Assembly (NCBI GenBank): GCA_963662335.2
Contig: CAXXVD010000005.1
Location: 608,001-672,000, forward strand
Source: Chloroflexota bacterium
GTDB taxonomy: Bacteria; Chloroflexota; UBA11872; VXOZ01
Length of the DNA: 64,000 nucleotides
Direction: 5' to 3'
The notes beneath the pieces were generated by a model, which did not search any database, was not told the origin of the DNA, and saw only the letters and a program-made list of their open reading frames with translations. Made by a program: the position numbers and the translations under genes. Positions 8,647 through 21,400 of the stretch are shown piece by piece (the stretch's first letter is position 1; each line of letters begins with the position of its first letter).

Positions 8647-9978
8647 CTACGTAGAGAGGGCCGGCATCTCCGGCGCCGGCCCAACCACCAATGCCAAGCC
8701 GTCCACCTCGTAGACCCACACCGTCTTGCCCTCGGCGACCGCCGCGCCCATGGTCCGCGCCGACCACTCCTCGCCGCCGACGCGCACCACGCCCTCCGGG
8801 TCCAGCGCCGTGACCGCCACGCCTTCCTGGCCGACGATGCGCCGGCTGCCGCGAAATTGCTGCGGCTCCGCGTGCGACTGCGCCGCCAACCGCACCAGCA
8901 AGAGCAGGAACCCCACCGAAAACGCCACCATGACGCCGAGCACCCACGGCGAGACGAAGAACGGGCCGCCGAACGGCGCGGTGAGCGGCTGGTAGAGCAG
9001 CAGCGTGCCGAGCACCAGCGCCGCTACGCCGCCGAAGCCAAGCACGCCAATGCCGGGATTCTGCGCTTCGAACCCAATCAAGGCCGCGGCCACCACCAGC
9101 AGCGCCACGCCGCCCCAGTTGATGGGCAAGGTGCCAAACGCCACCAGCGCCAGCACGATGGCAATCGCGCCCACCACGGCCGGCACGACCGCGCCCGGGT
9201 TATAGAGTTCCGCGATCACGGCGTAGAGGCCGATCAGGAAGAGCAGGTAGGCGGTATTGGGATTGAGGATGAATTTGAGCGCCTGCTCCGCCAGATTGGG
9301 CTCCATCTCCCGCAGCGGCGCGTTCCCCACCACCAGCGTGCGCGTCCAGGAATCCGTTTGCACCTGGTGGCCATCCAGTTGCGCCAGCAGGTCGGGCACG
9401 TCAAGCGCAATCAGGTCCACCACCCCGGCATCGACCGCCTCCTGCGCGGTCATCGTCTGGCTGGAGCGCACCGCCTGCTCGGCCCATTCCGCGTTGCGGT
9501 TGCGCAATTCGGCCAGGCTGCGGATGTAGGCCACGGCCTCATTCGTCACCTTGGCGTCCATGTCGCCCATGAGTTGCCCGCCGCCTGCGGAGACCGGATG
9601 CGCCGCGCCAATATCCGTGCCCGGGGCCATCACCGCCACGTGCGCCGCCATGGCCAGAAAGACCCCGGCGCTCGCCGCGCGGCCGCCTTGTGGAGAGACG
9701 TACACCACCACCGGCACGGGAGAACTCAGCATCCCCTGCACCATGGCGCGCATCGACGAGTCGAGGCCGCCGGGCGTGTCGAGCAGGACGATGAGCGCTT
9801 CCGCCTGGTCGGCGGCGGCCCGTTCGAGCGCGCGGGCAAAGAGCCGCTCCGACGCCGGGTCGATGGCGCCGGTAATGCGCACCGTATCCACCGTGCCCGT
9901 GCGCTCTTGGGCAAGCGCCGCGCCGGCAAAGAGTAATCCCGCAAGCAAAACGATGACGCCCGGCAGCGCTCTTCGCAT
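8647..9978 (-). CDS. nfeD: Long-form NfeD (ClpP-like domain, TM region, OB fold), stomatin operon partner
   Basis: LDTPGGL, AASAG, IGAAHPV and GEEWSAR motifs; adjacent to the SPFH gene; start could be 9984. Confidence 0.9.
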   Translation of the reverse strand: MRRALPGVIVLLAGLLFAGAALAQERTGTVDTVRITGAIDPASERLFARALERAAADQAEALIVLLDTPGGLDSSMRAMVQGMLSSPVPVVVYVSPQGGRAASAGVFLAMAAHVAVMAPGTDIGAAHPVSAGGGQLMGDMDAKVTNEAVAYIRSLAELRNRNAEWAEQAVRSSQTMTAQEAVDAGVVDLIALDVPDLLAQLDGHQVQTDSWTRTLVVGNAPLREMEPNLAEQALKFILNPNTAYLLFLIGLYAVIAELYNPGAVVPAVVGAIAIVLALVAFGTLPINWGGVALLVVAAALIGFEAQNPGIGVLGFGGVAALVLGTLLLYQPLTAPFGGPFFVSPWVLGVMVAFSVGFLLLLVRLAAQSHAEPQQFRGSRRIVGQEGVAVTALDPEGVVRVGGEEWSARTMGAAVAEGKTVWVYEVDGLALVVGPAPEMPALST

Positions 9979-10147
9979 CACCATGCCTCCCTGGCCTTTC
10001 CTTCCATTATACTCCCGCCCGCTGCCCAGCGGACAGCGCGCGCGGCGGCGCTTGCCGCAGCCATGCCAACCTGTCACGATTGATGAGAGGTGGGCGCGCG
10101 CTTGCCGTCCGCCGTGCCCGCCGCCAACCGCAACAGAAAGAGCGCCG

Positions 10148-12180
<2,033 letters not shown>

Positions 12181-12184
<4 letters not shown>

Positions 12185-12208
12185 GGGCACGACGTGTCGT
12201 GCCCCTAC
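12181..12208. repeat. GTAG-type REP overlapping a stop codon
   Basis: GTAGGGGCACGACGTGTCGTGCCCCTAC; its TAG is the upstream gene's stop. Confidence 0.85.
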
Positions 12209-12255
12209 ACCGCAGCCAGCCGCCAACCGCCGCTGGCAATTGAACCGGCAAGGCG

Positions 12256-12978
12256 CTACATCATGCTGCGCGCCACGTTGCCGCCGTAGGCCGACTCCCC
12301 GCGCACCAGCACCCGGTAGGGGTCTTGCACGCCGGCCAGTTCGTCCACGCTCACGTAGCCCATGGTCATGCTCGTGCGCGTGCCGTCGGTGAGATTGGTG
12401 CCGACCCGGTGGAATATCTGGCTGTCGATCACCGCCAGGCCGCCGGCCGGGCTGGGCACCGGCACTTCCTGCGCGCGGATTTCATCGGTGATGACACTCT
12501 CCACGCTCGTCTTCGTGCCCGGGTTTTGTATCCAATTGAAGAGGTGCGTGCCGGGCACCACGTGCGTGCAGCCGTTCTCCACCGTAGCCTCTTCCAGGTA
12601 GAACAGCACCGTCACGATGTCCCGCGTCCATTGCAGCACGTCGCGGTGCAGCCCCGTATTCCCACGCGAGGGCGGGTTGAGCGTGGAGTGGTTGTGGCGG
12701 TTCGTGATGAGCTCGATGTTCGGCCCCAACAGCGACTCCAGGGAGTCGAGCACAAGGGGGCTGGTTGCGGTTTCCCTGAAGATTGGGTCTCGGTCGAGCA
12801 CTTGAGAGAGCCGGATCACGTCCCCATACTTATCGCGGACGTAGGGTTCGACCTCATTGGCCACGTCGTTCTGGATGGCCGCCTTCAGCCGCGCCACCGT
12901 CTCGTCCGGCAGCCGCCCCGGCAGCCGCAGAAAGCCATTGTGGCGAAAGAGCTTTATCTGGTCGTCGGAAAGGGCCAT
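12256..12978 (-). CDS. PhyH-family Fe(II)/2-oxoglutarate dioxygenase
   Basis: FRHNGFL, HRD, ENGCTHVVPGTH, distal His (FHRVG) and Arg. Confidence 0.88.
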   Translation of the reverse strand: MALSDDQIKLFRHNGFLRLPGRLPDETVARLKAAIQNDVANEVEPYVRDKYGDVIRLSQVLDRDPIFRETATSPLVLDSLESLLGPNIELITNRHNHSTLNPPSRGNTGLHRDVLQWTRDIVTVLFYLEEATVENGCTHVVPGTHLFNWIQNPGTKTSVESVITDEIRAQEVPVPSPAGGLAVIDSQIFHRVGTNLTDGTRTSMTMGYVSVDELAGVQDPYRVLVRGESAYGGNVARSMM

Positions 12979-13120
12979 GCCTGCACTCCTAAAGTGATGT
13001 GACGCGCTATCGCGTCATCTCTCATACGCTTCTCGCACAATTCTACGCTGCGCTCCGCCAAATTGCACCTGAAGCGCGTATTCCTGACAAAACCCGGCAG
13101 TGCGGACGCACCGGTTCGAG

Positions 13121-13156
13121 AAAAAACACCCGCCCTGCGCAAGCGCGGGGCGGGTG
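13121..13156 (-). terminator. Intrinsic terminator downstream of the SBP gene
   Basis: Minus strand reads CACCCGCCCCGCGC-TT-GCGCAGGGCGGGTG followed by TTTTTT. Confidence 0.8.
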
Positions 13157-13193
13157 CAAGTTCGCGTCTTCAAGCATTCCGAGCGAATGCGCG

Positions 13194-14588
13194 TTAACCG
13201 TCGATGCGGGCCTTCCACTCGTCCAGGATTGCCTGCATGTCGTGCTCGGCTGACGCCAGGCCTTCCTGCGGCGTCAGCTTGCCGGAGGTCACGTCGTCCA
13301 CCAACGGGATGCGCCAGCGGCGGCGCAAGGCCTCCGCGCCGGGGATGCCCACGTTGCCCACGCGATGCGGGATCATCTCGTTCTGCAGCAGCAGGAACGG
13401 ATCGTTCTCGTGGAATTCCACCGAGTCGGTCACGGAGATGCGAATCGGAATGCGGTCGAAGCGCTTCGCAAACTTCAAGTTCCATTCGGGACGTGCCCCA
13501 AACTCGATGAAGGCCCAGCCGCCGTCCGGGTTCGCGGCGCTATTGCCGATGTGCCACGTGTGCGTGCCGCCCCAGGTGGCGTGCTTATCGGTAGAGCGCG
13601 GGCGCGGATACGGCATGAAGTGGAACGTCAGGTCCGGCGCGTTCACCCGCAGCCACTCGCCGCGCTCGGCGTACGTCGCCCAGTAGTTGGCGATGCGGCC
13701 GTCGTTGAAGTGCACGTTGGAACGAATGCCCTGTCCCCGGAGTTGCTGGACGTTGTCCCAGCCGCCCTGGAGATCGAAGATCTTCTTCAGCCACGTGAGC
13801 GCTTCCACGGCCTCCGGGCTGTTGATCGTGACCGTCCAGTTGTCATCGCTAAAGCGCGAGCCGCCGAGTTGGGTGAGGGGGACGATCCACTCGTTGTGGC
13901 CGCCGCTGCCCCAGAAGGGCGCATAGCCGGAAACGGTGAGCACACCGCCCGCGTCCTTCTTGGACGTCTTGGCGACCACCTCTTCCATCTCGTCCCAATA
14001 CTGGGGCGGGTTGTCCGGATCCAGGCCCGCTTCCAGATAGCTCTCCGTCCGCATGTACATGACGCGCAGGTCGGGAGAATACGAAAAGCCATAGAGCTTG
14101 CCGTCCCAGTAATTCTCAGCGAAGAGCGATTCCCAGAATTCGCTCATGTCAACCCCGGAGGCCTTGACGCGGGGCAAGAGGTCGGTCGCCACGCCGGTAA
14201 GGCCCCACTCCGGCGAGAACCAGTCGCCGCCGGAGGCCACGTCGGGAGACGAACCGGCCGCGGCCGCGGTGATGACCGTATTCCACAAGCTGGCCGGCGT
14301 GGAACCCACCACGCGGACCTTGTTGTCGTAGGCCTCGCGGAAGGCATTGGAAATCTCGCCGCCGGTATCCGTGCCAAAGTCGTACTTGGTGGGACTCCAA
14401 ACCGTCACCACGCCTTCGACCGCGCCGGGTTCGGTCACGGCTGCGGGCTCATCCGCCTTGGCTTCCGGCTCGGCCGCCGCGTCGGGCGCTGCCGCCGGCT
14501 GCACGCCGCAGGCCGCCGCGAGCATCGTTGCCGCGCCAATCCCAGCCCCCGCCAGGAAATTGCGTCGCGAAATGTGCGTTGCTCTCAC
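13194..14588 (-). CDS. Carbohydrate-type ABC substrate-binding lipoprotein with Tat signal (no adjacent permeases)
   Basis: SRRNFL twin-arginine motif, LAAAC lipobox, DGKLYG and PPQYWDEM; AAGGAGG RBS. Confidence 0.88.
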   Translation of the reverse strand: MRATHISRRNFLAGAGIGAATMLAAACGVQPAAAPDAAAEPEAKADEPAAVTEPGAVEGVVTVWSPTKYDFGTDTGGEISNAFREAYDNKVRVVGSTPASLWNTVITAAAAGSSPDVASGGDWFSPEWGLTGVATDLLPRVKASGVDMSEFWESLFAENYWDGKLYGFSYSPDLRVMYMRTESYLEAGLDPDNPPQYWDEMEEVVAKTSKKDAGGVLTVSGYAPFWGSGGHNEWIVPLTQLGGSRFSDDNWTVTINSPEAVEALTWLKKIFDLQGGWDNVQQLRGQGIRSNVHFNDGRIANYWATYAERGEWLRVNAPDLTFHFMPYPRPRSTDKHATWGGTHTWHIGNSAANPDGGWAFIEFGARPEWNLKFAKRFDRIPIRISVTDSVEFHENDPFLLLQNEMIPHRVGNVGIPGAEALRRRWRIPLVDDVTSGKLTPQEGLASAEHDMQAILDEWKARIDG

Positions 14589-14858
14589 TGTGCCCCCTCC
14601 TTAATCTGGGGTACAATACTGCCACCGAGACAAACTCTATCACCCGCCAAGTACATCGTCAATGCGCTTTGGCGAAAAGAAACTCCCTCTCCCTGGGGAG
14701 AGGGGGCGATGACCGCGCGCTCACCGCTTCCGCGCGCCAAGTCCGCCGCGCTTCCCCGGTTTCCGCGCGTCAGGCGGGCGCACAGCCATATACCCACGGC
14801 GGCGCGCTTGGTATAATGGCTTCGGTGTCTCCTTTTGACCCCCGCCCCAACGTGCCCC

Positions 14859-15767
14859 ATGCAGCGACTATTCCGCAACAAAGAACGGCGCTTTGGCATC
14901 TTGCCCAGCCGCCAGCGCCAGCCCGACGTGCCCGACGAACTCTGGGAGAAGTGCGCCGGCTGCGGCGAGATGATCTATGCGGCCGAGTTCGAACAGAACG
15001 CCCGCGTCTGCCCCAAGTGCGGCCACCACGCCCGTCTGAGCGCCCGCACCCGCGTGGAGTATCTGCTGGACGCCGGTTCGTTCGCTGAGCGCGACGCGGG
15101 GATGCGCTCCCGGGACATCCTGGACTTCAAGCGTCCCGAGCGCAGTTACGAACAGAAACTGGAAGATGAAGCCGCCAAGTCCGGCATCGGGGAGGCCGTG
15201 CTCTATGGCAGCGGCGCGATACGCGGCGAAAACGTCGTGCTGGCAGTCATCGACACCAATTTCTTCATGGCGACCATGGGCTCGGTGGTAGGCGAAAAGA
15301 TCACCCGCGCCATCGAGCTAGCCGCGGCGACGCGCACGCCATTGGTCATCGTGTCCGCGTCGGCCGGGGCGCGCATGGAAGAGGGCATGTTTTCGCTCAT
15401 GCAAATGGCCAAGACTTCCGCCGCCCTAACGCGCCTGCACGAGGCCGGTGTGCTCTACGTTTCGGTGCTTACCGATCCCACGCTCGCCGGCGTCACCGCC
15501 AGCTTTGCCACGCTTGCCGATGTGATCGTTGCCGAGCCGCAGGCCACGATTGGCTTCACCGGCCCGCGCCTCATCGAACAAATCACCCACGCCAAGCTGC
15601 CGGCCGGCACGCACTCGGCCGAGTTCATGCTGGAGCGCGGCATGGTGGACTGCATCGTGCCCCGCAGCGACCTGCGGCGCGCCCTCGCCCGCCTGATCAG
15701 CCTCTACGCGCCCCAAGCGCCGGCCGCCGGCGCGGACGGCGTGCCCCACGCGGGGACCCTAAACTAG
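14859..15767 (+). CDS. accD: Acetyl-CoA carboxylase carboxyltransferase beta subunit
   Basis: WEKCAGC...CPKCGHH zinc finger, MGSVVGEK and ARMEEGMFSLMQMAKTS; TGGTATAAT extended -10 at 14809. Confidence 0.95.
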   Translation: MQRLFRNKERRFGILPSRQRQPDVPDELWEKCAGCGEMIYAAEFEQNARVCPKCGHHARLSARTRVEYLLDAGSFAERDAGMRSRDILDFKRPERSYEQKLEDEAAKSGIGEAVLYGSGAIRGENVVLAVIDTNFFMATMGSVVGEKITRAIELAAATRTPLVIVSASAGARMEEGMFSLMQMAKTSAALTRLHEAGVLYVSVLTDPTLAGVTASFATLADVIVAEPQATIGFTGPRLIEQITHAKLPAGTHSAEFMLERGMVDCIVPRSDLRRALARLISLYAPQAPAAGADGVPHAGTLN

Positions 15768-15770
15768 CCT

Positions 15771-16721
15771 ATGGCCTACGAATTCGAACAGCCGCTGCTC
15801 GCTCTGCGCGAGCGCATCGACTCGATGGAGTCGGAACTCAAGAACGGCGCGCCGGACGACGTAGCGCAGGAGTTGCAGTCGCTCCGCGCTGACCTCGAGC
15901 GGCAGACCGGGGACGTGTTTGCCGGTCTCTCGCCCTGGGACCGGGTGCAACTTGCGCGCCACCCGCAGCGCCCGCGGACGCTGGACTTCATCCGCTACGC
16001 CTTCACCGACTTCGTGGAACTCCACGGCGACCGCCACTTTGGCGACGATCTTGCCATCGCCGGCGGCCCGGCGCGCCTGGACGGCACGCCGGTCATGGTT
16101 GTCGGCCACCAGAAGGGCAAAGACGCCAAGGACAACCAGCGGCGCAACTTCGGCATGGCGCACCCGGAAGGCTTCCGCAAGGCGCAGCGACTCATGCTCC
16201 AGGCGGAGAAATTCCGGCTGCCGCTCTTTACCTTCCTCGACATCCCCGGCGCCAGTCCCTTCTTGGCGGATGAGGAACGCGGCCAAGCGTGGGCGATTGC
16301 CGAGAACCTGCTGGCCATGAGCCGGTTGCGCACGCCCATTATCGTCACCGTCATCGGCGAGGGCGGCAGCGGCGGCGCGTTGGCCCTGGGCATCGGCGAC
16401 CGGGTGCTCATGCTGGAATACGGCATGTACTCGGTGGCGTCACCGGAAGGCGCGGCCTCGATCGTGTGGAAGGACGCCAAATACGCGCCGGAGGCCGCCA
16501 AGTCGCTAAAGCCCTTCGCCGACGATCTGCAAGCCCTCGGCATCATCCACCGGATCGTGCCGGAACCGCCCGGCGGCGCCCACGTCGACCCCCATGCCGC
16601 CGCGCAAACTCTCAAGTCCGCCCTCGTCGAGGAACTGGCGGCCCTCCGCCCCCTGCCGCTGGCTACGCTGGTAGAGCGCCGCTACGCCTTCTACCGCTCC
16701 CTCGGCGTCGTTGCTCCGTAA
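15771..16721 (+). CDS. accA: Acetyl-CoA carboxylase carboxyltransferase alpha subunit
   Basis: LARHPQRP, ELHGDRHFGDD, PEGFRKA and GEGGSGGAL motifs. Confidence 0.95.
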   Translation: MAYEFEQPLLALRERIDSMESELKNGAPDDVAQELQSLRADLERQTGDVFAGLSPWDRVQLARHPQRPRTLDFIRYAFTDFVELHGDRHFGDDLAIAGGPARLDGTPVMVVGHQKGKDAKDNQRRNFGMAHPEGFRKAQRLMLQAEKFRLPLFTFLDIPGASPFLADEERGQAWAIAENLLAMSRLRTPIIVTVIGEGGSGGALALGIGDRVLMLEYGMYSVASPEGAASIVWKDAKYAPEAAKSLKPFADDLQALGIIHRIVPEPPGGAHVDPHAAAQTLKSALVEELAALRPLPLATLVERRYAFYRSLGVVAP

Positions 16722-16856
16722 CGAAACTCCGCTCCTCTCGCCGGGTACGCGAAATGCCAACGCCTCTCGCCCTTTCCCGAGAGCCGCGACGACGGGGGAA
16801 TCACCATGACCGTCCGCCGCCCAGACGCGGGAATGATACTGACAGCGATTTCTCTG

Positions 16857-17223
16857 TCCGTCATTCCCGCGCACGCGGGAATCCATCTTGGTCTGACGAG
16901 TAGCCAAGAGCGGATGGATTCCCGCGTGCGCGGGAATGACGGAGGCTGCCACCCCACTCCCATGGTGATGCCAGAGACCGTTACGCTACTCTTCTGAGGA
17001 ATGCCAGCCGTCTCGCATTGGCGCTCCCGGCAAAGAACGTGGACCTTCCTGACCCCCCAACGCCGGTAGCGCGAGTTTGCAACCTGCGTCTTCTCTGCCG
17101 CCAACGCATAGCGTCTCCGTTGCCCTCGGTCCGGCGGGGGACAAGCCCCCGCGCTACGTCGAGTCGGCCAAGCCCCCGCGCTACGTCGATGCGACACCAT
17201 TGGGGACAAGCCTCCGCGCTACA
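16857..17223. repeat. Intergenic REP cluster of several families
   Basis: Inverted GTCATTCCCGCGCACGCGGGAATCC pair at 16857-16943; GTAGCGCGAG element at 17066; three CAAGCCCCCGCGCTAC-like copies at 17134-17223. Confidence 0.85.
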
Positions 17224-17245
17224 TCGACGCGCGGGCATCACGTCC

Positions 17246-18061
17246 CTACTCCAGGCCGAAGATCGTATCCAAAGATTCAGCCATGATGCGCGCGCCCAAC
17301 GCGGGATTGTGGCGCATCGGCCCAATCTCAACGGTCACGTAGTCGTCGTAGCCAAGCTCGCGCCACGCCCGGCGCACCGCCGGCCAGTCCACGGAGCCTT
17401 CCAACAACGTCGTGAAATGGCCGCCGGAACGCTGCGCGACGAAGTCCTTCACGTGGCACTTGACGATGCGCTTGCCAAGGATGCGAATCCACTGCTCCGG
17501 ATAGCCGTAGGCCAGGATGTTGCCCACGTCGAAGTACGCGCCCACGTGGGGATCGTTGATTTCGTCCACGAAGCGGGCGAACTCCAGCGGGCTGAGGAGA
17601 AACTTATTCCACACGTTTTCCACGCCGATCGTCACGCCCACGCTGCGCGCCTTGGGCACAAGCGCGCCAATCCCGTCGCGCGCCCGGTTGTAGGCGTCGT
17701 CATACGCGGTGTGTTCGTCCACTACGCCCGGCACCACCAGCAGCGTGTTCGCGCCGATCTCGCCGGCGATCTCCAGCATCCGCTCGTTGATGCGGGCGGC
17801 GTTGGCGCGCTCGTCCGGGTCGGCGGACGTCATGCGCACCTGCCAGTTCAAGCCGGTGTAGGTGCTGGGCAGGTCCAGGCCGATCGACTCCGCGTGCCCG
17901 CGAATAGCGCGCAATTCCTGGTTCGAAAGATTGACGTGCAACGACCCCTCATTGGCGAACGTCAACTCCACGCCGTCGAACCCCGCCGCCTTGGCCGTAT
18001 CGAGAATCTCGTGCGGCTGCCAGTCGCCCGGCAACGCGCCCCGGTTGAGACCTTTCTTCAT
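17246..18061 (-). CDS. Sugar phosphate isomerase/epimerase (xylose-isomerase-like TIM barrel)
   Basis: AGFDGVEL, GVENV, YFDVGN, HVKD and TVEI metal ligands; GAGGAGG RBS. Confidence 0.88.
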   Translation of the reverse strand: MKKGLNRGALPGDWQPHEILDTAKAAGFDGVELTFANEGSLHVNLSNQELRAIRGHAESIGLDLPSTYTGLNWQVRMTSADPDERANAARINERMLEIAGEIGANTLLVVPGVVDEHTAYDDAYNRARDGIGALVPKARSVGVTIGVENVWNKFLLSPLEFARFVDEINDPHVGAYFDVGNILAYGYPEQWIRILGKRIVKCHVKDFVAQRSGGHFTTLLEGSVDWPAVRRAWRELGYDDYVTVEIGPMRHNPALGARIMAESLDTIFGLE

Positions 18062-18428
18062 CGCGCTCGTACCTCCTCGCTGCTGCGTGCTGCTACCGTA
18101 TGTCCGCGCGCCGCTCTGCGCGCCACTCATTGCTCACACTGTCCCTACCCATGAAACCCACTTTGCCTGCATAAGTCAACGGAAGAGACGCGCGGCGCAG
18201 GCAAGCCCCGTTGCGGCGTTCCCGCTGCCGCCGCGCAGCGTTCAGCGCAACGACCGGCGCGGACGCGCCAATCTTGCCGCAAGCGCAATCCCAAGCGACG
18301 CTGGGAATGACGATAGACGCGCCCGCCTTGTACAATGTCATGCGGGGCGCCGGCGTCTACATGCCCAGCGAGCCGCGGCGGAAGGCCGCCCGTGCCAATT
18401 CTCTTCCACCAACTCCCAGAGCGCTACC

Positions 18429-21400
18429 ATGTATCGTAAACTCGGGAGCCTCGTCGTCTCCCTGCGGATTCCATTGTTGCTGCTGTGGCTCGCCCTCGCC
18501 CTGGTGGTGGGTCTTACCGCGCCGGCTATCAGCGACGTTGCGTCTTCCGACCAGACCAGCTTCTTGCCGACAACCGCCGGCTCCATTGCCGCCCGCGATT
18601 TGGAAGCGCAGAAGTTCGCCGGCAGCGGCAGCGCCAGCAGCGGACTGCTGATCTTCGCGCGGGAAGGCGGCCTGACTGCCCCAGACCGGGACTTTGCGGA
18701 ATCCATCCACAATTGGCTGCTCTCGCCCGCGGGGCCCGCCGTCGTGCAGGACGTGGTCTCGGTCTTCAGCCACCCGGAGCAGGCCGGCGCCCTCATTAGT
18801 CCCGACAACGCCGCTATGCTGCTCACGGTGAACTTTACCGTGGCGTCGTTTCAGCCGGTGGTGGATGAGGCGACGTACGCCATCCGCGAGCGCGTGGCCC
18901 AGGGAGCGCCACCCGGACTGGCCGCGCACTTTACCGGCGAGGCCGGCCTGGGCACAGACTTAGTGGAAAGCGTCGCGGAGAGCACGGACCGCACCGCCAT
19001 CGTCACCATCGCGCTCGTCATCGGCCTGCTCTTCTTCATCTACCGCGCGCCGCTGGCGGTGTTGATCCCACTTGTCACCATAACCCTGGCCTATCTGGTC
19101 GCGCGGGGCGTCCTGGGCTTCCTGGCCCAGGCCGGCTGGCAGATCTCTTCCCTGCTGGATACGTACATGGTGGTGCTCGTCTTTGGCGCGGGCACGGACT
19201 ACTCGCTCTTCTTCATCTCGCGCTTCCGGGAGGAACTTGCCCAGCGCTCAACCCACGAAGCGGCGGTGCGCTCCGTGCAGCGCATCGGCGCGGTGATCTC
19301 GGCCAGCGCCATTACGACTATGGTGGGCCTCTCCGCCCTGGGCATGGCGCGCTTCGGCATCGTGCAGACCATGGGCCCCGGCCTGGCGCTCGCCGTCGGC
19401 ATCACGCTGCTTGCCGGTCTGACGCTGACGCCGGCGCTGCTGTCGCTCTGCGGGCAGCGCCTCTTCTGGCCGCGCAAGACCAGCGTCGAAAACACCCAAC
19501 CGTCCGCCTTCTGGGTGCGAGTGAGCAATCTGGTCGCCCGGCGGCCCTTCATCCCCGTGCTGCTCATCACGGCGCTCTTGGCGCTGCCCTACGTGGGCCT
19601 GACCCAGTACCGGGATGACCTGGCCATGGTGGTGTCCCTGCCGGAGAGCACGGACTCGCGCCAGGGCTTCGACGCGCTCGCGCGGCACTTCCCGCCGGGC
19701 GCGTTCGCGCCGGCGGTGGTGCTGCTGCGGTTCTCCGAGCAACAGGATCTCACGTCGCCGCCAATGTTGGGCGCGGTTGCCGCGATACAGGCTGAACTTG
19801 CAGCCTTTGGCAGCGTCGATCGGGCGCGCAGCATCACCGACCCCACAGGCGACGGCAGCGCCGCCACCGTCTTGCGGGTGCCGGCGCAACTCGAAGGGAT
19901 TGCCGCCGCCCTGCGCGACCCCCCGGCGGACGAGGGCGCAAAACCGGCACAGCAGTTCGCTGCCGCGCTCGCTCAGGTGGACGCCTTGGCGCACTACCTG
20001 GCGGAGTTGGCGGACGCCTTTCCCAATCTGGCCCGGGACGCCGCATTTGCGCAGGCGCGCGGCGCGTTGGCTGACCTGGACGCAACCGCCGCCGTCGCGC
20101 GGCTTCAGGCGCATCCCACGCAACAACTGCGACAGTTTGCGGCAGGCCTGCGAGAGCCCGCGCCTGCGGGGGCGGCGGCAAGCCCGGCGCTTGCGCTCGC
20201 CCCGTTGGACAGCTATCTGGCCGAGTTGTCCGCCGCGTTTCGGGACGTCGCCGCTCTGCCTGCCTACGTGGAAGCGCGCCGGCTGCTCGCCGAATTCGCA
20301 CAAGCGGCGTCTATCGCGGCGGATTCATCCAACCTCTCCGCTCAGCAACGCGCGGCCCAAATAACCCAAGCGCAAGCCCTGGCCGGCGGGATCGCCGCCC
20401 GGCTCGACTCCCTCGCCGGTTTCTTTGCCGAGCGGCCGGATGCCGTGTTCTTCCCCACCGCCGCGGCGGGGGAAAATCCCATGCAAGCGGCTATGGACAA
20501 CACGGCGGCAGCGCTCATGGCATTGCGGGCGGAGTTTGCCGCCTCGCCGCACCCCTACTTCATCCCTACCTCTCTGCCGGGCAGCGCACAAGCGGCCAAC
20601 GCCGTCTTGCCGCACTTCGTCTCCGCGGACCGTACCACGCTCCGCTTCTTCGTGACTCTCGCGGAAGACCCGCTCGGCCAGTCGGCAATCGCGGCCATGC
20701 AAGAGATTAGGCAGTCGCTGCAACGGGAACGCGGCGGGCCTTTGGCTTCCGCCGAACTCTACGTTGGCGGCGCTACCGCCGAAGTCAGCGACATGCAGCG
20801 CATAGTCCGCCAAGACCTGAAGTCCGTGGGTGTGGTCACCGTGGTGGGCATCTTCTGCGTCCTGGCGCTGCTGCTGCGCAGCCTGGTCGCGCCGCTCTAC
20901 CTGGTTGGCACGGTGGTTTTCTCCTATGGCAGCAGTCTGGGGCTGGTGACGTTGTTCTTCCAGGGAGTGCTCGGCCACGAAGGCGTCTACTACCTGCTGC
21001 CTCTGACGGTGATGGTCATGCTCATCGCGCTGGGCGCGGACTACAACGTCTTCCTGGTGCACCGCATCCGCGAAGAGAGCGCGTCCCTGCCGCTGCGCGA
21101 CGGCGTGCGCGTGGCGTCCGCGCGCACCGGCGCCATCATTACCGCCGCCGGCGTCATCCTGGCGGGCACGTTTGGCGCGCTCACCGTGGCGCCGCTGCAA
21201 CTGCTCTTCCAAACGGGCGCGGCCGTCGCGTTAGGGATCCTCATCGACGCGCTGATCGTGCGCTCGCTGCTGGTGCCGGGGATCGTGACCCTGGTGGGCA
21301 AGGCAAACTGGTGGCCGGCGTCAGTGCGCGCGAACTGGTGGCCCATCTTACCCGCCGGCGCGCGGGGGCCCCAGGGCGGCGAACAGGGCCTGGCGCGGGG

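Noticed and set aside
9551-10147. N-terminal extensions in the ORF track (also 15-227, 6180-6491, 17862-18428)
   Set aside because: They overlap tRNA or opposite-strand genes; family homology and RBS begin at internal starts
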